From the human T2T-CHM13v2.0 reference genome, Homo sapiens: a DNA stretch of 64,000 bases. The number at the start of each line of letters is the position of its first letter. The first letter of the stretch is position 1. The notes beneath the pieces are model-generated. The model saw only the letters and a list, made by a program, of their open reading frames with translations, made no database searches and was not told the origin of the DNA. This document shows, piece after piece, positions 27,101 through 42,839 of this stretch. The stretch is from the NCBI RefSeq assembly GCF_009914755.1, contig NC_060929.1; one strand, given 5' to 3'. A program made the position numbers and the translations under genes.

Positions 27101-28206
27101 CTATGAACAATTGGCAGGACAGTCATGGTCTGGACCTAAGGAAGGTTTGCTCAGGGCTGACCTACCCACGAGCAGCTGCTCCTGGCAGTCTGAGCGCCTT
27201 TCATATTTCCTGTATTAACCTTGTGGCGCACAAAGACAGCATCGAGAACAAGCTAATGAGAATCATCCCTCTCATCATGGAACCCGCATCCCCTGCCTCA
27301 AACCAAGCCATGTGCACATGCACACTTGATGATAGCAGAATCGAGGCATCTGTTGACATTTGTCTTCTTTTTGTTTCTAGAGTGTGGTGGGATGCCTCCA
27401 TCACTGTAGCACTGTCAGATGGGCGACAGCCTTATCGGCTGCCTCCAATCTCAGCAGGATGTGGGTTTTCTTTTTTAACGGGATGCTCTGAAGCCCTTTT
27501 GTCCGTGACCAAAAGCATCATTCTTGGCACTGAGCCTGAGGCCTCTTCTCTGACCTCTGCTTCCCTTCCCCTATCTACAATTACTGCACAGTCAGCCCAT
27601 TGCCTTACTGTACTACTCTGATCATGTTTGATTTCATATACTTAACATCTCTATGTAAAATGACCAACCTTGAGCCTACAGCCTATGAGCTATAGGCTCC
27701 CTTCTGCTCAGCAACCAGTCCCTGCAGAGCAGTGAATTCTTTTAGAGAGAGCGTATATCAGGCAGCAGTGCCCAACTCTTTTTTTTTAAATACAAGTGAT
27801 TTCACAAATGGAAAACTTAAACCTATATAAAACTGGAGAGTAGTATAATGAATACCATATACACATCACCTGAAGTCAACAATTACCTACATGTGGCCAA
27901 TCTTATTTCATCCATACTTGCACCTTCTACTCTGTCATCTTTTGGATTATTTTAAAGTGAATCCCAGATATAGCATTAATAGCATGACTTTTTTTTTTTT
28001 AGTTTGTAATACAATTTTACTCTTCAGAATATACTAAAGATAATATTTACATATGCGCTGTATGTCACATAATATTCTATTTTCTCCTGTTCACTTTATT
28101 GAGGTATAACTGACAAAAATTTTATGTATTTATGATGTTAAATGTGATGTTTTGACATATGTATACATTGTGAAATGATTACATCAAGCTATCTTTCTTG
28201 TGGTGA

Positions 28207-28565
<359 letters not shown>

Positions 28566-28647
28566 ATTTTATTTTATTTTATATTTTATTTTATGTTTGA
28601 GACAGAGTCTTGCTCTATTGCTGGTGTGCAGTGGTGAGATCTCCACT

Positions 28648-28959
<312 letters not shown>

Positions 28960-30905
28960 TCATCTGGGATGAAGCAGATTTACTAACAAATGTTAGATTT
29001 TTTCCTCTTCCTCCTAAGAGCTCCCACAATGCAAAGATTCTGTGGAGCTGCAAAGGTTGACCCGGCCAGAGCTGCCCACGACCCTGGCGTACTGTCCAGA
29101 ATGGTGCATGCTTCTGGGGAATCTCTCCTCACATAGCAGACCTCCTAACTCAGGACTGCTAATTTTGCTGTAAGATGTTGCCCACGAGGACTGAGTCCTG
29201 GGCCCTCACACAGACTCTAGAATAGAGCCACCAATACCCAGATGATAGAGTCTTAGATGGCTTCCCTAGACTCTCCTTATCTCACCTCCATGTCTGGGCC
29301 AGCTCAGCCTGGTCTCCCTGGGCTCCTAGTGGCTGAGAGGCCCTTATAGAGGCAAGCCTTGAGTGAGCAGGGCACCTATCATGTGGTGTCTTATGGACAT
29401 GGCTGAGCCGTGGGCACCCTCAGCTGCCAAACCAGAGGCATCTAACAAAGTTTCAGCCCTGCAGTTACGAGGCAGGGGGAGTGACAAGGAAGGTCAATGA
29501 TGGAGAAAACCCAGTGACATTTTATACATTAGCAAAGTTAATTGCCAAGTGCCCAAAAGCCTGTCTGAGTGTACTGTTTAAAGGCCAGGAAAACACGGTT
29601 CCAGTTCTTACATTGTAAAAGTAATGCAGCTGACCCTTTGCTGGTGATATCCCCACCGCAGGCCTTCTTGCCGCCTGCCTGGCCTCCCTGGCATTGGCTG
29701 CACTGGGACCGGTGTTCTGCAGATCTGCCCTCTTGGTGGCTTCCAGACATTCTCTCTCACAAATCTCAAGACTGACTTAAAAAAAATTCCTAACGTCAGC
29801 AGTCTTTAAGCCCCCTGAGAGTAAAACACAGTTCATATGTCTACTGAGCATTACTTATTTGCAGCTGGGTGAAAGTTACGGCTGCCTCCTTTCTGGCACT
29901 GGGGAAGGGATGAGAGCCAGGAATGCTGTGTGGGTGTCATTTTTATGTAAGACAGACCCGTGCGGTGCAGGCTTTTTCCTACCAAGCACTTCACTGCTTT
30001 TGGTAAACACAGAGTCCCCATGAACCAGGGAACCAGATGAGGCTACCTAGAATTTTAGAATAAAACAGGATTTAACAAATTTCAACATTATCATTTTTAA
30101 GAGCGCAATCCTTTTCTTTCCAGTGAAATCTAGCCCAGATCCCCACTCTATAAAGCAGAGAGAAACTGGCTGAATGGGGCCAAGGCACCAGAGCCAAGGT
30201 GATTGGTCTCTTTCCCATGGCCTGTCCCCATGGCAACTGCAGGATTCCAAGAAGGACTTTTGGAGAAGTGCTGATGGCATATAGTATGGCAAATTTACCC
30301 TGACTTTTGGCCCCCTTCCCCAATCACCCGTGCAAGCGCCAAATAAGTGAGATAATGGTTGGTGAGTCTGAGAAAAAAACCAAACCAAACAAAACAGGGA
30401 ACACGGGGGCTACAGAAGGTGCGGGGGGAGAACAGGACACTACACCTAGGGGACAGGTATGGGCGGAGAGTAGCATCCTTGTCTCCCTCCTGTGAAATGC
30501 TTCTCCATGGAAGCATCACACCCCAGAAAACAACCAATAGCAATAGGTGGCTCCGGGGCAGCAGGGTAAGATTAGGGCTGCATTCTACCCACACTGGGGC
30601 AGGTGCATACAAAATACGTGCAGGCAGATCTGCCAACCGCATGGAATTTCCTCTTCCCCAGCCTTCTCCTCTTCAAAGGCGAGCTGACTGCAATTCAGGG
30701 AGATGGAACTTCCGCCAGGATGGAGGTATGTGGCGGTTCCCTGAGGGCACAGTCACATGCTAACTGTGGCAAATGGGGAGTGGCCGAGTCCAAACGGCAA
30801 CCCCAGAGGATCTCCCACCCTCAGTGTGTGCCCCGCCCTCCCTGCTGACCCACCAGGGATTCAGCTCTTCTCACCCTGAATACTCACCACTAGCCAAGGT
30901 AGTCA

Positions 30906-31276
<371 letters not shown>

Positions 31277-31439
31277 GGTGGTAGAATTAACACCAACATG
31301 ATAGTAAAATAAAAGTAAGTAGATTAAACTCATCAATCCCAAGACAAATATTTGCCAATTAAATTTTAAAAATAATATTTAACAGTATGTTGTCTATAGA
31401 TGTAAGAGGTTATAGAAATGTTTATTAATTTTTTTCCAT

Positions 31440-32029
<590 letters not shown>

Positions 32030-33825
32030 GAAAGGTTATAGAAATATTTAGTATTAATATCAGACAAAAGAGAAGTTTAAAACATCAAAGTGGACAAGCA
32101 GAATATTGGGATATTATATTTTTGTAAGAGGAACAATATGTCAAGAAGATATAATAATAAACATATCAACATAGCTTCAAATACATAAAGTAGCTACTAA
32201 CAGGACTGAAGGGAGAAATAAATACATCAGCAGTTGTAATCAGAAAATGCTATATGCTCCTCTCAGAGTTTGATAAAGCATGAAAAAAGTGAAGATGTAA
32301 ACTACCCAATAAACTGTAGTTTATTTATAGACACATATATATAGCATGTATAGAATATATGCATATATATGTAGCATATATACATATATATATTTGCAAC
32401 AATCCTGTATTAAGCCACAAAAATGCCATACTTTCAAAGAATCTACATCATAGAGATCATAGTTCTTTGATCATAATGTAATAATTAAAATAATTAAAGC
32501 ACAAAAGAATAACATCCTCCCTTCTGTTCATTTGCTGGAAGCTAAAAAAAACTCACTACTAAAGCATTCTTGGGTTAAAGAAGGAAGCAAGAGAAACTTA
32601 AAAAACATACTTAGAACTAAAATTTAAACAATGAAAACTTTAAAAGATTGTGTGAGATAAAGTAGTACTTAGAAGAAAATTTATAGCTTTAAATCACTCA
32701 TCCAAAGGTTAAAAAAAAAAAGACTGAAACAAGAGTAAATTAAAAGAAGAAAGGAGGAAGAAATAAACATAAAGCTAAAATCAGTGAGATAGAGGACAAA
32801 AGAGGGTGAGAGAAAGAGAAGATTAAGAAAGTTCTACATTTACTCTTCACAAAGATTAGTGAATACACCATTAATCCACTCCTCCTAGACAAAAAGTAAA
32901 AGAGAGGATGGAAATAAAACATCAAATGAAGAAGAGGATAACTGCAGGCTGAATGAAGGTGAGGAACACCCATTGGGTGCACCAGAGTTGTACTGGGATG
33001 AGGAGGGTGTCCTTATAGTGGGTTGGGTGTAGCCTGGTCTGGGTGTCAGAGCTCGAGAGCAGTGAGGAGGCCTTCCGTGCTGGGGAGGGGATGGCTATGA
33101 AGCCGGGAGATGGCTTCCATGCAGAGGAATTGATTAAATAGGCAAGTAAATCAAAGACAATGAAAGTCAAGTTTTCTCACTGTTAGGAAAGGGGGATAGA
33201 AATATGGAAATAGAAACAAAATTCACCTCTGTGGTATTGAATTGCAATTGATGGTGTCACTGTGAACTCTTGGTTTTCCATATATGAATATAGATAGATG
33301 TAGAAAATTTTATTAAGTAAGATTTATCCAGGAATGAAAGGATGGTGCAACATTAATGTATCATACTACACTGGCAAATGAAAAGTAGAGAGTCACACAA
33401 CTTTCTCAATGTTTTGTGAATTATACATAATTAATTATAATTATACAGTTTTATTAGCAGCTATCGATTATACATAATTATTATTGAATGTTCTTGAAAA
33501 GAATTTTTAAAACACAGAGTATTAGAATAGAAAGGAAATAGAATATAGGAAAAATGTAAAAAAAAATCACACTGGCAGAGAAACAGAACACACCCTTGAA
33601 GACTGGAAAACCAGCAAATATAACTGCTAACTAGACAGCAGTGGGAGAGTTGCGGAGCGCCTGGCCACTACATTAACACAGGAGAGAGCAGACCTAGCCA
33701 GGTATAAACAAACTGTCATGATCAACAAACTATGAGACTCCTACAGAGTTCAACAAAGATACAGCATAACTAGTGTACATCTACACTGGCACTAACCAAC
33801 TAGAAAATGTAATAGAAGATAGATA

Positions 33826-34119
33826 TTATTTATTTATTTATTTAGAGACGGAGTCTCACTCTGTTGCCAGGCTGGAGTGCAGTGGTGCGATCTCGGCTCA
33901 CTGCAACCTCCACCTCCCGGTTCAAGCAATTCTTCTGCCTCAGCCTCCCGAGTAGCTGGGACTACAGGTGTGTGCCAAAACACCCGGCTAATTTTTGTAT
34001 TTTTAGAGACGAGTTTTCATCATATTGGCCATGCTGGTCTGGAACTCCTGACCTCGTGGTCCACCCGCCTCAGCCTCACGAAGTGCTGGGATTACAGGCG
34101 TGAGCCACGGTGCCCAGCC
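33826..34119 (-). mobile_element. Alu (AluS-type)
   Basis: Alu consensus with (TTTA)n tail. Confidence 0.9.
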
Positions 34120-34514
34120 AGTATCATTTATAATGGCAGTACCAACTATAAAATTTGGGAATAAAGTTAACAGAGAACACAGAAGAATTTTATTGGAAAA
34201 GATTAAAACGCTATTACAGGACACAGAAAGCAGCTGAATATGTCGTGATATGCTATGATCATTATATGGGGTTACTAAAAATTGTAAAGATGTCAATTTT
34301 AATGAAATGAATTATAAATTCACTACAATGCCAGTAAAAATTCCATTAAGACCTTTTCAACTACTTAACAATTCTAAAATTTATACACAAGAATAAAAAG
34401 CTTGATCACAAATAACTAAGCCAATTCTGAAAAGAAGAGTAAAGTTGTTAAGGGGTTGGGGAGGAGTTGGTCATTCCACTAGGTACTGAGGCATGCTGTA
34501 AAGCCACAGTAAAG

Positions 34515-34887
<373 letters not shown>

Positions 34888-36465
34888 TCAGAAACAGACC
34901 CATGTTTATATGGAACTAGATATATGATACAGGTGACACTATAAATGAATGAGCAAAGGGTAGATTGTTTAGTGGATGATGATGAAAAAACTGCCTGCTT
35001 TAGAAGATAACAATGGATCCCTATCTTATACCATATACAAAGGTGAGCTCCAGACAGATTAGAGGCCTAAGGGTGAAAGATAAGACTAAAGCTAATGAGA
35101 GAATAACTTTGTGCTTCAGGAATGAGAAAGAACTTCTTAAATTTAAGTAAGACTACCCATAGTACAAACTACATAGCAAAACTCACAATTGACTATGTCA
35201 AAATTAAGGATTTCTGTTCAATGAAGAATACCATAAACAAAATTAAGAGAGGGGTGAACAAATGAGAGATGACTTTGTCTGACATCAAACTGACTAAGGA
35301 GACTAAAAAGGAAAAGATAGGGAACCCAACAGGAAAAAAACCAGAAATGTAAATTTGGACAAATAAGCAATATAACAATAAAACACAGATTTATACTATC
35401 ACATTGGCGACAATGAACAAATAAATAATAGCTTGTGTTGGAAAGAATATGGAGAAATGGGAAAACTCAACTATTACTACAGGGAGGGGTGTCTAAAGTG
35501 AAATACTCCTGGAGAACAAGACCAAAATAGTGAAGTTAAATATGTCTTCGTCCAATAACCCAGCACTCCCACTGGTGGACACTGATGCACTGAAACTTTC
35601 TGACAGGCTCATATGTGGATGAGCACGAGGATGTCCATCACAGCACTGTTGGCTGGGTCAGGGAGCTGGAGGTAACATTAAGGGAATGGAAAAGTAAAAT
35701 GGAATCCCAAACAGCCATTAGCAATGAGGTAGCACACGCAGCAACATGGAGGCATCTTAGAAACAGTGTTCAGTGAAAAAGGACAGTTGTAATATCGTTG
35801 ATGTAAATTAAGACATACTTACAAAACAATATGTTTTGCAAAGAAGCATACATATTCAATTTATAATATCAAACATATTAGAGAGTGGGTGCCTAATGGA
35901 GGAAGGAAGGAGATAGGAGTGGAGATTAGAAGTGAAAGGGAAAATATTTAAAACTAGTGGCTGAGTCCATGCTCTGATTGCATGGTTCTGAATCCCAGCT
36001 GTGCCTCTAACTAGCTCTGTTACCTTGGGCAATTAACAACCTCTTTAGTTAAGTGTCCTCATCCCTAAAATGGGCTGGGGACGATAGGCGAAGACGGGCT
36101 CCAAAAAATTCTGTCCTGCCCTGTCTGCGTGTAGCTCCTCCCACAAGAGGCGGGCCTGTGACTGCTTTGACCAATAGGATACAGAGTAAGCACTGCCCTG
36201 GGACTGCCTAGCCCCGTGTTTAAGCAGGAGCCTTGGGCCGCTGCCACTGCCATTTCACGGAGTCCTACAAACAGCTGCCACGTGGAGAGGCGGGCCACAT
36301 GGAGCAGCACTGTGCCATCGGACTGTGTAAGACACCTGGCAGAGGTACTGCCCAGCTGTGGCCAGATCAACCCGTGGAATAATGAGATACAATAACGTAG
36401 TTGTTTTGGACCACTAAGTTCTGTTACGTGGCACTAGATAAGGTTATGAGGATTAAATAAAGTAA

Positions 36466-36787
36466 TTTTATTTTTTTCTCTTTTGACACAGGGTGTCGCT
36501 CTGTCCACCAGGCAGGAAGTGCAGTGGCGCCATCTCGGCTTACTGCAGCCTCGACCTCCGGGGCTGAAGTGATCCTCCCACATCAGCCTGTTGAGTAGCT
36601 GGGTCCACAGGTGCATACCGACACACCTGTCTAATATTTTGTATTTTGTGGAGAGCTGGGGGTCTCACCGTGTTGCCCAGGCTGGTCTCGAACTCCTGGG
36701 CTCAAGCCATCTGCCGGACTCAAGCCATCTGCCTGCCTCAGGCTTCCAAAGTGCTGGGATTGCAGGCGTGAGCCACCGCGCCTGGCC
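36466..36787 (-). mobile_element. AluJ-type element with a short internal tandem duplication
   Basis: AluJ diagnostics; ctcaagccatctgcc occurs twice. Confidence 0.88.
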
Positions 36788-36815
36788 AGGAGGTAAGTTT
36801 TAAAGTGTTGGATAG

Positions 36816-37171
36816 GGCCGGGCTCATTGGCTCACGCCTGTAATCCCAGCACTTTGGGAGGCCAAGGCGGGCGGATCACGAGGTCAGAAGTTCGAGACCA
36901 GCCTGCCCAACATGGTGAAACCCCACCTCTACTAAAAAAAAAAAAATAATAAAATAAAATAAATTAGCTGGGTATGGTGGTCGCGCGCCTGTAATCCCAG
37001 CTACTCGGGAGGCTAAGGAAGGAGACTTGGGCCTCCATAGCCGTTTCAAGACGCCCTAGAAACAGATGCCACGGACTGAACCCCGGAGGTGGAGGTTGCA
37101 GCGAGCCGAAATTCCCCCACTGCACTCCAGCTCTGTACGACAGAGTAGGATTTTGTCTTAAAAAAAAAAAA
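36816..37171 (+). mobile_element. Alu (AluS-type) with a ~51-bp non-Alu insertion
   Basis: Alu consensus; TSD AAAGTG(T/C)TGGATAG. Confidence 0.9.
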
Positions 37172-38046
37172 TCAAAGTGCTGGATAGTGCATGGCTCATG
37201 AGAAGGGCCTGGCACTATATACATATTTGTGGAATAAAAAACAAGGACCTAATGGTCACAGAAATAGTGTCATGACCAAAAATGTAAGATTAACTTAATT
37301 CTTTGCACATGATGTTCACAGATAAGCTAAAACCTCTGCTAAAGACTCATATATTCATTTCCTTGATGGGAAAACTATGGCCCTGATTGATAGATGAAAA
37401 GTGTATTCCAAAAAAGAGAGTGTCTCATAACGAAGCAGGGCTCCCTGAGCCAACTCTCCTTCTGTTGTCTTTGTGCACAGAATTTAGAGCCTCAAGAAAG
37501 CATTGGATGTATGAGCTCAGTGACTCACGAATGTCTCATTTCTGGGAACACAGACAACTGATGGGCTATATTCGTTTTCCTCTGTAGCACTAGACCCAGA
37601 ACTAGCAAATTTTTATCTGTAATGAATTCTCAATTAACCCTAGGTCTTGGTATCAGGAAATACAGGGAAAATAAAAATCTACCCATAATTCAAAGATCTC
37701 AATCAAATCAGTAATTTCAACCTCCAGAAAGTTATCTTAATAGTTCTTTTTATTCCCAAGCACAGTGCACAATAAATATCTGTTGATTATTTAAAATTAA
37801 TCCCTCTTCCATTTGAATAAGAGTTAAAACAATTTGTTTATGGTCTTTCAAATTGATTATTAAAATTGTTCTTTGAAACCCTGGCTAGGGCAAAATAACC
37901 TAGATGGTAGCAACAGTGAGTGAAAGGATAGAAAGGGAGTGGCACCACTGTTCATCTGTGAAGCGGGAGCTAAGCCTTGTGAATCTTACAAGAACTATAT
38001 GAGGTAGATACTGTCTCCATTTTACAGGAGCAAAAACTGAGGCTTA

Positions 38047-38431
<385 letters not shown>

Positions 38432-38615
38432 TTACTCCCTAGCTGGTTCTCTTTTACTCTATCACGTTGGGAAGAGGAGACAGGATCACCCCAGAATGAC
38501 TTAAATAGCAAGGGGAAGGCAAAATGTCTTAAAGCCAATTCCTAGACACTGAGACTTTTGTGAAGCCAAAAAAAAGGAGCGTATCATCTGAAGGCATCAA
38601 TAAAAAAAGAAAAGA

Positions 38616-38959
<344 letters not shown>

Positions 38960-39759
38960 TCATAGCCCATGTATTTCTGCAGAACTGACACATTTTGAGA
39001 GAGTTGGCAGTTGCCCAGATATCACAAGCCATAGTGCCAACTTCTCATGACTCCAGCCTCAGCAGCACCAGGCTTCATGTGGTCCGTCTGCCAGAAAGCA
39101 GGTCCTCATATGCTTGGCTGGGAAGAATGATGTCAAGCCAGGTCCATCATGGTCCCTAACTTCTTGTCCTAAAATAAGCCTGAACCTTGTCCCCATGCAC
39201 TGGCTCAACTCCCATTCTACTTCAGGCATCAGAATCACAACTCTACATTTCTCATCTAGCACTAGGGACTACAAGTTGTGTGGCAGATCTTCAGGCAGCT
39301 TCTAGGAACACTCTGGATTGAAGTGGAAAGGAAGCATTTCCTGATTTCATTTTCTAGCTGTCTTTCCTACTCAGGTTCTTTGGGCCATGGGTCATTTCCT
39401 AGTGTGGACAGCTCCATAAGCTGTGTGGAGTGTCAGGCAAGGCTGAGCGGATTCCAATATGGGAGAAAGATGCACGGTGCAGGCGCAGACCCAGAGCCCA
39501 GCCAGGGTCAGTGTCCCAATGGGAACAATAAGGATCTAGGAGGAAGTGGAACCGGAAGCTGGCTGCTTGCCCAACTGTGGGGTCACTTGGGCTGCGATTT
39601 CACCTCCATTTTCTCCTTTGGCTCCTCCATGCCGCAGATGAATTATTTTCACTGAAAATGAAATGCCTATGGCTACAGCCCCACTGAAAGTGACAATCCA
39701 CGGCAGGGCCCAGGCACTAGGGGCAGGGGAGACTAGGACAATGAAAGACAAATCAAAGT

Positions 39760-42680
39760 AACTTCCAAATCATGCCATTTATTTTTCCTTAATGGATTTT
39801 ACAGCTCATCTGAGTCTCTGCTGTGTTCTCTGAGGAGCTGTAGAATTTGTGTCGATGCCCTGTGTCCTCCGTCCTTCCCCAAATGAGCACATATGCAGGG
39901 CAGGCAAGAGCATGCTGGATTTGTCTTAGTTGTTAATTCACCTTCTGGCTTCACTGTGACACACATTTATCTCTACATGACATTCTCAAGAAAAATGATT
40001 AGGACAGAATCACAGCAAGGAGTGTGGAAGAGGGAGTTTTTTTAAAAAGTCAGTTAAAGAGAAGCAATGAACCACGAGGGTCCTTTAGGTAAAGGACCCC
40101 CACTCCTCATCTCTTCCTCTTCATTCTTGATCTTTCAAAAAGAAGCACAGGAAGAGGACTAGGCTAGCAAGGGTGCTGGTAGGCTGCATGGTGCCTCTGT
40201 ACCCATTAATACCTGTTAACAAAAGGCACCCCTTCCTGCAGGAGGTGTAGCCCTTTCCATGGGGCAAGGCTTGGAGGGGATGAAATATCCTCCAAGAGTT
40301 CAGAATCCCCTATGGGCCCTGATGCTGATGGAGATCAGAGCCTCTCACAAGGAGGTCCCAAGCTGGTGACCTGGGAAGGGAGGCACTGATGCTCTGCCTG
40401 GCTGCCAGGGGTGTCCTTTCACCACCCCACACACAATCTACTCCTTGCATCTTGGACTCTGTTTTACTTCACAGGGCAGGGATGCAAACACGAAGGAAAG
40501 AGGTGTGGCACAGGCACAGTTTTAATGTGCAAACCCTTCCTAATGCAGGATCCCCATTGAACGGCCTGGGACCTGGCTGCCTTTGATGATGTCATATCTC
40601 ATCTCATGAACCAAGATGGCAGGAATTCTCTGCAGCCAACCTTGACAGGAAATCATCCTGGAAATCCGCTGCTTCCTTAATTCATGCAAGAAACAGGGAG
40701 AAGGGGTATGGTCCTCTCATGAATGTTGTGCCATTCAGTTGAGACGTGTCACGGGTTCACCTGACAGCTCAGGGACTAAGGCTGGGTGGACGTCATTTAT
40801 TAAGTATATTACAGGGCTGCAATTCACCAGCTACCAAGTTGGACTCTTTGCTCTGGAAATTTAATGTGTGGCAGCTGCGTGCAGCCGGTGATGTCCAGCA
40901 TTTTAAAAAGGTCAATTAAGAAACGGTTGATGGTGGTGCAGCTAATGACAGCCCAGGGGGGTGAGCAGGGCGCAGTAAACAGAAGGGCTGAGACATATAT
41001 TACTGGAATTGAAGTGTCCCAGTGAAGCGTGGTGGGGAGGAAATCTATTGTCACAAGCCATAAAGCACATCTGAGTTTTGCAGCGGAGAGCAGTACAGCT
41101 GTTTCCCTCCCCAGGCAGCGCTGGGAGCAGCCAGTGAATGGAGGGCTCGCCTACAAAGGGGACACCTGCATCAGCTCCATCAATTTGCAGACAAAAATCG
41201 CTACCCTCCTCGCTGCCTGTTCCTTTGCACTTCTCGTTTTCCCACTTGGAACACAAGGCAGATGCTGGAGTGATACTCAGAATGTGGGTCATGTTCTAGA
41301 ATTCCATATTTTAAGCATTCCGGAAGCAGGGCTCCGCCCCTCCTCGCTGCGTGTGGGCGGGCGGACAGCCGGGAGCCTGAGAGTCAACCCCAGCCAGCGC
41401 TCTCCTCAGAAGACATCCGCTCCTGCCTCGGTGCGCGCACAATGCAGGCTGCGGATCAGACCCTTTACACTGCGACGGATAAAAGAGGGACACGAAACCC
41501 TTAGAAAGAGTCTATTTCGGACTGTGACAGAATTGGCTCATGGTTGGGGGAAGGCACTGTGTGGGGCTCCTTTTTAAAGAATCAGACAAAGGGGTCTTAG
41601 AATAAGTGCAGGGCTGCTAGGACAGGCTTTTTTTTTTTTTTTTTTTTTTTTTGCCACATCTACCTGTCAAGCTAGAAATTCAATAGAGCAATGGGAATGC
41701 TAATTGACATGCAAAACAGGTCTAGGGTTCCTAGAAATGTCTAATGATCCTCCAATTCATTACGAATCCCGAATTAAGACATGCACTAAATGAGATGGGA
41801 GTGAGAACAGCAACCTTTTTGCTTTTCCTTTTTTTCCTTTTAAAACCTGCTTTGGGAAACTTCACAGGTTTTATCATTAAAAAAAGAGTATTGCAATCAG
41901 TGGGTTTTGTCTTTCACACACTGGATGTTTATTATTAGAAAATAGCTTCTATCAGCTGTCAGTACCAAACAAGTTGAAAGGAGCGAGCTTCTCACCATAT
42001 TTTTTTTTCTCCTTAATGATATTTAAATAAACAGCTCACTGTGTGAGCTCACGCCCTTTTTCCCTTTAAAAACTGAATAATTAAATGAAGTTTAGTACAA
42101 AACATTCTTCAAATATGACTTGTTCTGCATCTGTTATGCTGTCTCCTTGAGTAATGGACGCGAAAGAGATGAAAAAGACCACTCAGGCTACCAAAGTACC
42201 CCAAAGAATCCATACGAGAAACTGAGAAACAAACTAACTCAAATAAGACCCAACCAAACCAAGAAACCAGTTTTTACGTTGACTTTTTGATTTTGATTAT
42301 CATCTAAGTTTAATATATATATATATGTGTGTGTGTTTGAAATAGTAATAAAAAAGGAAGAATTGAATTGCATCCGTAGCAGGACAACCTTCCTCATACG
42401 TTAAAGAGGTGTTCAGAAAATTCCATACAGTATCTGCTAAATAAACATGTTTGGCAGCTTAGCAAATATCATATGATTGCAGCATCCATCATTTGAAGTA
42501 AAACAGCATTTGCTTTCTTCTGGCGGAGGTTGTTGCTTGGAGTGATGTGCTAATATGCTCTGGATGTTCTTAGACCCACAGGCTTAAGGAAGGGCTTGGG
42601 GGTCGCTCAGTGCATGACCCCAGTGCAGACACTTCCAAACCCCAAACAATGAATCAAATAACCAACCAACCATACAAACA
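39760..42680 (-). other. MARCHF3: MARCHF3 3' UTR (~2.9 kb, end approximate)
   Basis: Repeat-free region after the stop; AATAAA on - at 39778-39783, with more proximal hexamers at 40796-40801 and 41928-41933. Confidence 0.75.
39778..39783 (-). terminator. MARCHF3: Probable distal MARCHF3 polyadenylation signal
   Basis: TTTATT on +; on - it is followed by T/GT-rich sequence (tactttgatttgtctttcattgt). Confidence 0.65.
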
Positions 42681-42839
42681 TCAAACAACTGTCTCCTTTG
42701 AGTTCCTCTTGACCGAATGGAGGCCCAGCAAGGACGGCTGGTTAGAAGGTACATTGACAGACTTTGGAATGAGGAGAATCACCCTCTGATTGGTCCGACG
42801 CCACTCGTTGTACAATCGACAGTGGTACCTAAATGACAC
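42681..42839 (-). CDS. MARCHF3: E3 ligase MARCHF3 last coding exon, VSFRYHCRLYNEWRRTNQRVILLIPKSVNVPSNQPSLLGLHSVKRNSKETVV*
   Basis: Acceptor ...ccatccccag on - ends at 42840; 52 codons plus TGA; C-terminal class I PDZ motif ETVV; matches MARCH3. Confidence 0.96.
   Translation of the reverse strand: MSFRYHCRLYNEWRRTNQRVILLIPKSVNVPSNQPSLLGLHSVKRNSKETVV

Noticed and set aside
26531-27218. Overlapping 149-219 aa ORFs
   Set aside because: GC-rich LTR12 U3 sequence, naturally poor in stop codons.
41029-41577. 182-aa plus-strand ORF across the CpG patch
   Set aside because: GTG start, antisense to the 3' UTR, no homology recognised; explained by GC content.
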